Shown here one piece after another: positions 52,929 through 64,000 of a DNA stretch of 64,000 bases. The stretch comes from Heptranchias perlo (Eukaryota). The first letter of the stretch is position 1; every line of letters starts with the position of its first letter. The stretch covers positions 16,492,001-16,556,000 of the forward strand of contig NC_090360.1 of NCBI RefSeq assembly GCF_035084215.1, given 5' to 3'. Under the pieces are notes generated by a model. That model was not told where the DNA came from and ran no database searches. It saw only the letters and a list, made by a program, of their open reading frames with translations. The translations under genes and the position numbers were made by a program.

Positions 52929-54115
52929 TCAATTGTGAGATGTCATGTGTCGCGATAGATGGTGGCGCTCTCTAAAGAATTCATTACATATTGGACATGT
53001 CAATTTCTCCTCCCTTCGTCTCTTACTCAGGTAGTCAGTTGCATATTCTTTTTTGTGATGAGACCTCATGTGAAACACCAGGTCAGAAGTCATTCGAAAG
53101 GACGCGTTGCATTTGGCGCACCAGTTCTGAGCTGACACCCCAAAAGACGTATAGGACGGTGGGAGCAGAGTCAGTGAGGATGTGGATTGTAGCTGAACTC
53201 CAACCGGCTTTGGCCACATGTCGGTGCTATATAAAAATGGGCCGTTGGTTGTGACACTTGTGTGTAATATATGAGAATTGCCAAGATCAGTGCTGATGTA
53301 TTTGGACCCCAACAGATTAGTGTGACCCAGGAGATGACTTGAAGTGATAGAATCAGGTATATCCCTAGCGCATTCAGTAGAAGCATGGAGCGCATGGGCT
53401 AGACGCATGGAAGGCCCTTCTCCTGTTCGTCTGTTCGGTTGACAGAACGCACTTTTCTGTTCTTCTCTGGCACCGGACGGCATTACAGAAGAGAAGGCGC
53501 TGCCAGTAGAACTGAGAACCACGTCTGTTCTTAGTCCGACCTTCCGGGTAAAGTCAGGGGTACTTTCTTTGGCATTCCCCTCTGTTTTGTCAGCTTTGCC
53601 CTTTTCTCGCGCTCGTCGAACCTCAGTAAATGCACTTGTTTTATGCTGCGATGAATCTTTCTTCAATAAATACTTATCAGAATTAAGTTTCCAAACTGAA
53701 ACTGCAAGTGCCGGACAAAGACTTGGGTCTTCTTTAGAAATTCCGCCCTGGTCGCAGACTAAATGATTTGTTTTTTCTAATAAAACCGTTTTCCTGATTT
53801 TGTTTTCCTCTGGGCCTTCTTGTTTCCTCTTGTTGGCATTCTTTTCTGTCGAAGATCGCCCCTCGTCCTGCACGGCAGACTTTTTCTTGGAGTGCTCCAG
53901 ATCATGGGCTATCCTGTGAAAGTTGGTAACTCTGTCCTTATCTTTGACTTCTGTGCTCTTGTATGTGTCTTTAAACAGGCCGTTGTGACCAAAACCAAGA
54001 GCTTGAAAATCTCTCCATGCGAGATAGTCTTTCCTCTTGCCACACAAGAATCGAACGTGGGCCAAATATGGATTTTCATACTTCAATTCCTGATCACAGT
54101 CCACGCACCTAAAGG
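52929..54115 (-). CDS. ZNF488: ZNF488/PRDM8-like coding exon 3 (one C2HC finger and two C-terminal C2H2 fingers)
   Basis: Acceptor tttgtgttag|CC. Encodes CVDC..HVRFLC, then QNWCAKCNASFRMTSDLVFHMRSHH...CPICNEFFRERHHLSRHMTSHN*. Tail-to-tail with RBP3, as ZNF488 is in human. Spliced CDS is 1635 nt (544 aa). Confidence 0.88.
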
Positions 54116-54194
54116 CTAACACAAACAATAAAATGTCACCAACAACTTACTTCTAAATGCATTCCATTGTGTTCATATTTAATAAACAAAACAG

Positions 54195-54500
54195 AAAAGA
54201 AAAAGAAAGAAAGACTTGCATTTATATAGCGCCTTTCACGACCTCAAAGACACCGGGAGATCTCCCCTGTTCTTCTTCCAATAGTATCATAGGATCTTTT
54301 AGGTCCACCTGAGAGGCAAGACCGGCCTTTGGTTTAACGCCTCATCCAAAAGATGGCACCCCCGGCCGTGCAGCACTACCTCAGCACTGCACTGGAGTGT
54401 CATCCTAGATTATAAGGTCAAATCTCTGGAGAGGGGCTTAAACCCACGACCTTCTAACTCGGAGGTGAGAGTGCTACCCACTGACCCAAAGCTAACACCT
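54195..54500 (-). mobile_element. tRNA-derived SINE in a ZNF488 intron
   Basis: (GAAA)n-GACTTGCATTTATATAGC tail and GTGCTACCCACTGA head, as in the 22.3-kb copy. Confidence 0.8.
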
Positions 54501-56212
54501 TGATGAGATCAGCAAATCAGACGGCCCTGGTTATAAGCCCACCCACCATGATATAAATAACTAAGAACATCCTTTGCTCACAAAATCTTCTTGATGTATT
54601 AATACATTCAGTAACATTTTCAAGTAAAGGTAGTACTGTGCTCTCTAACCTTCCTAATCGTTTTTATCCATTGAGAACTATGCATTTGACGAACAGTATG
54701 ACGGCACAATAAAATGTTGTGTTCCTAATAACTATTAATTATTTAAAGTACAGCGGGCAGTATTATCAAAACCCGAGGTTCTCACAAAGTTTTGAATTTG
54801 AACGTAGCTGGTTCATTTAAGATAAACATATCTCCTTTAACGATACCAACACATGACTGTTTCCCCATTTACTGTTGACTTGTCCAATTCAAATGACAGG
54901 TAATAAAAACACCACTCGGCAGTTCTAATTAACAAATGTAAGCACTTTTTTACCCTAAGCTGAAAGGTCTGTGCAGTTCATGCTACCACTGGACATAGAC
55001 ATGCATTGACAGTAGTGTTACGGGCCCTTTCAAGTAGACCATGAATAATGGTGTCGCTTTGCATAGACGTGGAGCTACTCAGAAACGCCTCACCTCTACT
55101 ATTCGGAAGAAAATATATAGAACAATAAAAATTAACAGAATACAAAAAACAACGTGTTCTAGGATGGTCATATTTTCTGCAAAACATCTTACTGTACAAC
55201 AATGTTAACACTCCATCAATATTCTCTTACAAATGAAGAATATTGCTAATGCAATCACACTAAAGCTAAAAGGAAATGGATTTTATAACAACTTGAAATA
55301 GTAATTGTGCATATTTTATACATTTATTATTACATTTTTGGATCTTTCATTCACTTTGATATTTCGGCAAATATGTTTTAAAGAACGACTCGCAGCGATT
55401 GGATTTCTTGGGGGCTCGCCTACTAGGGTTGGTCAAACAAATCTGAAATGGACGAAAACATTTGTTTATAGTGCTGTTGAGGGTGGCAGTACTCGAGATT
55501 GCGATATATTGTACCTATTTAACTCAGTAACAATATTAAGGTAGGGTCTGATAGGGACTGGTTGCAGCGCAAAGCTTCCCTAAATTTCCTGACGATGCCC
55601 TTCAACCCCCAAATGTCAGAAGAGCATCTATTACTGTTAAGTGTGGCATATTCATGCCCCCGTGGGCTTTCGCTGCCCAATCAATGCCAATTAGTGCTAA
55701 ATTCGGCGATTTTTATTTTGCACCAAGGTCTCCTGTCCATTGAGATCTGATCTAAGACTGTCAGAATGCATTTTCTATGTTCCCCTTAGCAGCACTGTAT
55801 GCATATGAGTCTAGGAGTCTTATTCCCCTTTCTCTGTATGTTATTTTAAACACATTTGTCTCTATTAAGTTGACTCTTCCAAAAGCAACGCGTGTTACTA
55901 AGGTACATTGAGCAAATTTTGTTTGATTTTTTTTAAATGCCGCAATTCATCCCTTTTGTTAAGAAGATAGAATCCATTTATTGATCTATTATTGGACATC
56001 AACCGTAGAATATTGTACTTGCCTTGTTCATTTTGTAATGACATTTAATCTGACGCCGTGCCCAAAAGTAATACGCTTATCTAAGCGTCCGTCGGGATTA
56101 GCTTTTTGCAGAACTCAATTTAAAGATTTAAACTACAATTTAGTTGAGGGGTAAATTGTTTCAGTTTGACTCCTGCTGTGCTAAAAGTTTCGCTGGTGCC
56201 AAGGTTACTCAC

Positions 56213-56444
56213 TATTTGGGCCAGCTTGGGCTTTGATGTCAGTGAAACCGAGGAGTGTCGAGAGCTCCCTGTCGTACCACACGAACAGCTCCTCGTCTTT
56301 GCTGATCCTCCGCGTGGAGCGGTAGTACAGTTGCCCACTCTTCAGATAAGCCTCCAAATTCTGTTCCTTCGTGTTGTTCGCCGCTTGCACAAGTCTCAGC
56401 CAGGACACACCATCGGTAGAGCTGTTCATCGCTGTTGCATCCAC
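56213..56444 (-). CDS. ZNF488: ZNF488/PRDM8-like coding exon 2 (PR/SET domain, C-terminal half)
   Basis: Acceptor catttag|GTG; encodes WLRLVQAA..KEQNLEAYLKSGQLYYRSTRRISKDEELFVWY (PR signature); phase-1 donor A|gtgagt. Confidence 0.87.
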
Positions 56445-56833
56445 CTAAATGGAAGAAAACTTTCAATGAAGCCCCTAAATAATTTATTTGAATCCCATAA
56501 ATATTTTATGGAGATTTTTAAAAATGGGTTAGCCATTAACCAGGTTTGATAAAGTCGTGAGTTTAATGCAAAATATATTTCAATCACTTCTCGTGCACCA
56601 TTTCTGCGATGGAACCCTGCTATTTAATGGGAATTGCTCATCATGTTTATTGCAAAATTCGACATCACATTTCGTCCCTAAGAAGACAATTTTCCTCTTA
56701 AGCTTAACTTTAGAGAAACGGTGAATTCATCTAGTTAGGGTCTAGTTTGATGTTTCCTCAAGTGTCATTGACGATACAACTCCCAAAGTGAAACTCCTAA
56801 GCACAATGCAGTCTTGGGTATAAGATCTCTTAC

Positions 56834-57049
56834 CCTGAATACATAGGGGGCACTTCTCCTGTCTGAAGATTTCAAAGCAATAAAAGCTATTGTGTCATAG
56901 AAGTTGTTCTGGAGGATGCAAGGACCGAAGATCGCGTCCTCAGGGATCTCCCGGGTAATGTGCACACTGGTTAATATGTCAGTGAAGTGATGATGTAGAA
57001 ATTTGTTGTCACCTGCCCATAGTCCTTTAGAGAAAGGGGTAAGTTCCAT
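56834..57049 (-). CDS. ZNF488: ZNF488/PRDM8-like coding exon 1 (PR/SET domain, N-terminal half)
   Basis: MELTPFSKGLWAGD...IPEDAIFGPC...IAFIALKSSDRR..PYVFR matches the PRDM8 PR domain. Donor AGG|gtaaga. An acceptor (tgtcgcag|) 7 nt before the ATG implies an upstream non-coding exon. Confidence 0.85.
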
Positions 57050-60000
57050 AATTCACCTGCGACAGACAAGATGGAACAGTTTAATTACTCGGGTTTTATG
57101 GTGCGAATTATCACAGCAGTACATTGTATACAATCCAAAATTCTAGTAAGATGTTCTGTGTGAGTGGAAGGCAGGCAATATTCACGATGCACGAATAGAG
57201 ACAACTCCACCTTGTTCTATATTAAACAATTTAATCACAACGAACTTCTGATTGAAACATAGTATCTACAACTTTTTTATGCGACATAAATGTTTCTTTT
57301 GAAACAGATCAGTACCGACCCGCTAGCCATGCAAAAGTGCAGTATAGTATATATTTGCTTGGTGACCCGCATGCAAGTTTTCACGAGTACCCAAGCTGTG
57401 AAGGATGAAATTTGAGCTTTCCCAAAACTATTTAAAGGTGCATTTTGTATAAGTAACGTTGGTTGCTGCAGCATATTTTGCATCTCGTCCTGTCATCATT
57501 TCTTCTACTTCATAACCTCCAGTAACCATGACCTTAGAAAGCTATAAATGTGCACTGTTGGTGCCAAACAGTATTAGAAAATACAGTTACGTTCACGTTA
57601 GGGGAAGTACAGAAAAATAACCATAAAATATCATAAAATGGATTTCTCACGCAACTTCGTTTATGTATTTATGATGCAGGTGAAACATAAAATCAATATA
57701 TATGCATAGGTAACGGATATGAATCCATTGCAAATGATATGAATGTTTGATTCAACTCGTTAACTATAGCCTATTCGTCACATTGAATAAAGTTTTTTAA
57801 ACGATTTAATTTCGGGCATTAGAATGAATCATAAGACAGACTTATCAATGTGTGATATCATTGGTTATTTTAATAAAATACTTGGGTAGCATATATGAAT
57901 TTATCTAATCTTCCTTGAAATTGATGTTATTGTGCACATCAGGCGAAGCGATGTTGACAATTTGTGACAATTCTGACCGACCCCTGATTATCTGAGGCGC
58001 TTTCCAAATATTTTATCATGAGCATTGTGTAGAGCTGATACCTAAATTAATTGATGCGAAAACTAATGATCTGAGAGCTCATGTTGGATGAATATATCCA
58101 CGGCATTCAACGGTGACAAGGTTGGTGACATAGATTAGTTAGGATTTTTTTTAAACACAAAGACTGAGTAGGTATTTTAACCGTTGCCGATAATTCTGTT
58201 TATCAGGTTTAACATTTTATTCACGTTTTGATCTCTCGGTCTTCTGTTGGGTTAGAAGCTGACTGATAGAGGCATTAGCGTTTTTCTATTTCTGACTCCC
58301 AATAGCGCAAAGCAGGTCTTTTCAAATCGTTTCGCACCTCTGCTCTCTCGGCTCAATGTGAAATAACTTCTCGGGGTCTCACCCTGAGTCTAGTGACACT
58401 TGGAAGCATGGTACCGTATTTACTGTTCATTCATTCCACCCCTTTCCTTCCAGCTAATTCGAATCTGTCTTTTATTTCACAATACCAACTGACACGCGTG
58501 CAAAATCAATTTGACACGAAGACGCCAAGATCAACATAATTATCTTCAGTATGCCACAGAGAATGCTTCAGACTGTTGGAAGCAATATAAATATAAATAT
58601 TTCCCGCTGAATAGCCACTGTTTGAAAAGACAACTGTAGAAATGGAGAACTTACTGCTAAGTTGCAATGTTATTACATTGCTTTAAACGTTTAAACTATA
58701 TTGTGGACAACACTGTTAGGTGCCCATTCACAGTGATCTGATAGAAACTGGCACAAGCACTGGTCTAAACGCTCACAAAAGTATATGCGATGTGGGTGAA
58801 TGCGTCTCTCTCTCTCTCTCTTCTATTGTGTATGAGAGGAAAGTCAAGGGATTGTTCATTTGATGCATATCAGCTCACTGAGCCTGATCCCCCATTGTCT
58901 GTCCATCTGTCTGCCTGTTAGTTCCGGCCCTTTTTTTTTCAACCATCACTGTTAATATCATGTTAAAAGCACCATTTCTTTTTGCGTGTAATAAACGACC
59001 ACCATTAGTTACTGTTCAGATTGTTTTTAAGTCATCCAATTTTTAAAAAAATCCAGACGTAACAGTTGCTGTATTATGAAATTATATTCAGGCTTCATGC
59101 AGCACTTAACTGTGGCTGAATAATCGCGACCTAATTATACCGTACACAACTGCATTACACGGAAGAATTGTGTTTTATCATATCGGTAATTGATCTTTAA
59201 ATATATTTGACTTAAGAATCAAGTCCCCGTCTAAAGGGTTGCTGATAGTAGCATGTTGAGCTATTCTTTTTTTATATATATTTCTATTATCATTAAAACA
59301 ATTTGGGACGCTATCAGAATCTAGCCTATATATTTAAAACGTGACTGATGATCAGGACTGAAAGAAGGTTTATGACAAGAAATCTGTAACCCCCCTCATA
59401 TAAAATATCCATACACAATACACATCTACACACATACAAATCCAGCTTTCATTTACCAATGTCAGCCGATGGCTTCTTGGAATCGATTTCTTCAATTTCC
59501 CCTTCAGGTATAAGCTTCTTTTGGGCACAGCGATTTCTATTGATCCTGAAAGTGAGAGTGACGCTGGCGAGCGCTGGTTGGAAATGGCAGTTTGTCCCGC
59601 TGTAAAAGACACTTTCCTTTGGAAGATCATTTGCTCAGTGAAGCGTGACAAGCAATCCCAGGGCTCTTCCGCTTGCATGCACCCTCAATTGGCACTTTCA
59701 TTGGTGGTTTATATGGAGCAACCCTAATAATGAACGCATGGAAACGAAGAATTGCATTGCATTTAAAGCAACATTTAATAGCTTTATACACAATATTATA
59801 TATATATATATACAGTTTAAATGTCTTAAACAAGACAAGTACCTGTTATGATATTAAATGCCTAGATGTGGCAATGTCTATTTATGTCGCTTAATGCACC
59901 TGATCTAAAATCAGAAGTAAAATATTATGCATTTATGACAAATCCGTACCTTAGGCTGAATGCAGTGAATTGTATAAAGCCCCTATATGGTGGTAGCGTT

Positions 60001-63000
60001 TACCTGGCAGGGGTAACGATTTAATAATATTTGTGACACATTTGCAGGGAGTAAGTAAGACAAATAAATATAGAACGCGGCACCTGAAGCCTTTTAGTTA
60101 TGTTTTGTTGTACAAAGAGTATAAAAATGTAAAATTTGAAATCGATTTTAAATATACGTGTTCGTGTCTATATACAGTCCACATCTTGCAGACTTCTTCA
60201 CTCACAGAATAAACGTTTTCTGAACGTAGAAATTCTGTCTAAAGCTTTCTGGCCAGACAGATTTCTTAATTTTGAATCTATCAATCATTTAAGAATCGGC
60301 GCCACTGATCTTTAAAAACTTTAATCAATATATTAAAAACGGAAGTTAGCAAGATAAACATACGCAGCATGGCATCGAAACAATGCCAGTTTAAATCATT
60401 CGAATTCACGGTCTTTGGTGTAGTTATGTATTTATATTGGGCAAACTTGAACCTAATTCTGTACTGTACATTATAAAGAAATGAGCAGTTTTGGAGTCTG
60501 CTGTGCAGATTAAACAAGGCAGTGACAAATGATGATGATAGGTTGATTCCTAAACATCAACCTCATTTGTTACCGTCTTGTTTATTAATACGTACAGAAC
60601 AGCGTGGATGCTGCATTATTTATAAAGCATATTACCAGGTAGAAAACCCTCGTCTACTTCACTTAATGCAGAATCAATGCTTATCGCACAACAATGGTGG
60701 GAATAAGTATCACAAAAATATCTTTTCAATTCAGGAGATTAAAAAAAACCTTTGTCAAGCAAGATACCGCACTATCCAGCAAGTCAATTACATTCGAAAA
60801 GTGCCACTTGTTTGGGAAAAAAAGCTGCCTGATCTATATATGTTATTTTACAAACACATAGCAATGTTTTCATTAAGTAAATTCAATATAATTGCCGTGG
60901 TTCTCATACAACAGGCCTAACTCGAGTGAAATTTGCTGTTTTTTGAATTTACAAATGGGGTTATATCTGCAACTATTTTTATGATTATTAATTCGTATTG
61001 GACCATGAAAATATTAGCGAGCAAGAAATATTTTCATATAATCCTTGCCCGAAAATGTACCGAGCTCCGAGAAGCTGCCAAATACCTGTCAAATTAATTA
61101 AAGGAACCACATTTTCTGCCAAATACAAAACATACTATTACACACCGCGAATTGTCATCTCAACCCTTTCAAAACGATTTACAAAATCTTATAAAATATT
61201 TTCCAACTCACCTGAAAACAAAACGTGACTACGCTATTTATCAAAGGATAAACGAATCTCTGTGGGTAACTTCTACTATTCGTTGAAATTTTAAATGCAT
61301 AATATACATATAATCAGATGATTTTAATGCAATTGATAATTAAGAAAAAAAATGTATTCCAAGTTATTTTTTTCCGAGAAATTGTTGTGCATTATTGCAA
61401 GCGAAACTAAATCTACTCAATTTAGTTGCTAACTATTCGAAATAACTATCCCACTACAGCTCTTGGTCGATTGTCCAACTTGTTTCATACAAAAGTCACC
61501 GATGATACGCTTATGTAAAAAGCTTGTATAATGATCAAATGTCTTGTCACAATCAAATAATGCTTAAAATTCAAATAGCAACATCATTTTTGAAAGATGT
61601 CGTTCCAAATAAAGGCGTGTCAACGCCTGACAGAAAATTCCTATGAACATCTTGACATCCGAAATAGCCAACCCTTTTGATTAATGTCTACGCAGTTTTA
61701 ATGGCTTGCTCCGCAATATATGAAGAATTATTTAATCGGTGCGAGAACTCCTGCTAATTTTACCAAAATCTAATGTTTAGGAATTGTTTTTGCAATTTAA
61801 TAGAATAGCCATAATGCGGAGATTTAGTCAATGCATCAATTTAGCTGAAATTTAACACTATGTGGCAACACCAAAGTAAATCAAATCCCCTGTAGAAACC
61901 AAATTTCAATGCACTGATTATATGATTAGGATCTTGAATATCATTAGAAAATAATAGGTTTGCTTACAAAATGCATCAATTTTAAGTTCTGTCTTTAAAT
62001 TCACGATGCAATTTTCAATGACATGTTTGGCAGTGTAACTTTATATATGAATTTTATATTTGCCTTGCTCTTCGACAAAAGGTCACTACTGTGAATTTAT
62101 TTTTCTTTGAGCTTGTTACCGACTATCACGGATACGTCATAACATGATAGTTGCAGTTTATTTTTACATTTTAATATCTAACAACAGAATGTATTTGAAG
62201 CCTTTTAAACTAACACTATAGTCAGTATTGAGAAAGTGATAATAAATTTAGTTCTATGAGACACTAGTTCATCAATTAACCAAAATAAATTCTGATCGAA
62301 GCATTCTAAATTAAAATGAAGACAAAAAGGTAAGTACATATTTAAAAAATAATCCTCAATCTTTTGATGTACCTGTTATGCACAATAATTTTCACATTTA
62401 GTTACTTTTTAAAATGCTAACATTTGATTCAAGTTACCATGCTTTTGTAAGATAACATTTGAAAAAGTATGTTTGCCTCAAGTCGTGGCAACAGATTAAA
62501 TGCATAATATAAACTGCCGAGTTAATTTGTGTTGAAATAAAGATATTTTTTAAAGTTGCATGTGCTCTTTGATGCAACCTAATGCAAAGCTGCTGTTATT
62601 TTTCAAAGTTGGTGTCACCAATGGCAAATGGTTCAAACGTGTCACTTTATTTCTAAGCTTCTGTAGCTATAAAGCATTGATAGAAGTTGATATAATTCCG
62701 TTTAAAAGAGGTATGTTAAGATGCCCTGGGATCTGACGTTAACATTCTGAAAGTCAAATCTGCTCAGCACTTTAGGTCAAATGTAAATAGTGATTGAACA
62801 TTTGGATTTGCAGCCAGCGGAAAGTATTTTTTTACATCTGAATGCGGATATACCATGTCTATATTACCCGGATCGATGCAAGATAACTGTCTTTATTGGG
62901 ATTAAATGAGTAGAATAATGTTGCTTCATGGTAACATTCTATAGCGTTAACATTTTATCTCTCAAGCGCCCTCTTACTAGCGAACGCGTACTGCATGATA

Positions 63001-63419
63001 TTTTTGGAAGTCCCTCGAGTCCTCAAATCAACCAAACTGTCTCATCATTAACTCTCCAACCTTAAGCGTTATAGATTTATGAAACGGCCTCTGCATGCCA
63101 CTCGTTTAATCGAAACTGCAGATTAAGTATTTATCATTATTTTGTGGAATTAAGAAGAAAAGTTTTTGAGCAGTTTATCTATTAACACCACTGCGCGTTT
63201 TCATGTAATAATTATAATCGTGTCATTGAAATAAAATAGTGTTGCATGACAGTTCTGGATGATCATTAATTTAAGATTAAGAGGGGAAAAAAGAGCAGAC
63301 AGGACTAAAATTGGCCAGAAGGGTTGCAAGTCTTACTGTGACAGGAGACTAAAAGAATCAAGTCAGTGTGAGGTATGCTGAAGTATAGCAACTAATGACA
63401 TTTTATAGGTTGAGTGTAC

Positions 63420-63630
63420 AGTATCATGATACAGCACAGAAGGAGGCGATTCGGCCCATCGTGCCTGTGCCAGCTCTTTGAAAGAGCTATCCAATTAATC
63501 CCATTCCCCTGCACTTTTCCCATAGCCCCGCAAAATTTTCCCCTTCAAGTATTTATCCAATTCCCTTCTGAAAGTTATTATTGAATCCGCTTCCACCGCC
63601 CTTTCAGGCAGTGCATTCCAGTTCATAACG
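63420..63630 (-). mobile_element. CR1 3' fragment
   Basis: Near-identical to 5543-5732. Confidence 0.85.
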
Positions 63631-64000
63631 ATATATAAAAGTTAATTTATATAAAAACATGTTATATGTTGCAGCAGCTTCTGGAGGAGCATTGCACTGA
63701 ATACTACTTTGTCAACCTTTTTTTTTCTGTTGCAATTTGCTTACTTGTGTAGAAATTGGATGCGAGGAAATTACAAGGCTGGTTAAGTTACCAGTCCCAG
63801 CCTCCGCACTGACTGTGTGGCAGGGGTCAGGAAACGTCAGAGTCTACAGTGGAAAGGACATGCTGACGTGCTGCTCAGCAACGCCAATTTGAGGGAAATA
63901 ATTTGCCGGATTTTGCGGGAAGCAATAGTAAAGTTATCACCTATTTGATCTCCCTTGTCTCCAGTGGCGGTGATTGCAGAAGATCGAATGACTTTTTTTT

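Noticed and set aside
60522-61228. 132-aa and 76-aa ORFs upstream of ZNF488
   Set aside because: AT-rich composition, non-ATG starts, no domain or splice support.

Overview
Vertebrate genomic DNA, very likely from a cartilaginous fish (shark-type CR1/L2/SINE/Harbinger repeat landscape). It holds three spliced genes in the conserved vertebrate order: GDF2/BMP9 (+, 2 exons, ~429 aa), RBP3/IRBP (+, 4 exons, four modules, ~1219 aa) and a ZNF488/PRDM8-family gene (-, 3 coding exons, ~544 aa) that keeps a complete PR/SET domain. The first ~37 kb is rich in repeats (CR1 and L2 LINEs, tRNA SINEs, Harbinger fossils and MITEs, Penelope fragments); the remainder is repeat-poor. Highlights: (1) a small Penelope-type insertion with an intact minimal hammerhead ribozyme, a 14-bp target-site duplication and an inverted end, nested in a Harbinger fossil; (2) the PR-domain-retaining ZNF488; (3) a GDF2 ligand that mixes BMP9-type and BMP10-type residues; (4) a 16-bp GC-box minisatellite grown from a MITE terminus upstream of GDF2; (5) about 3.3 kb of unidentified, decayed coding-like sequence. 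Gene and repeat identities come from recalled family motifs, not database searches. Repeat boundaries are approximate.
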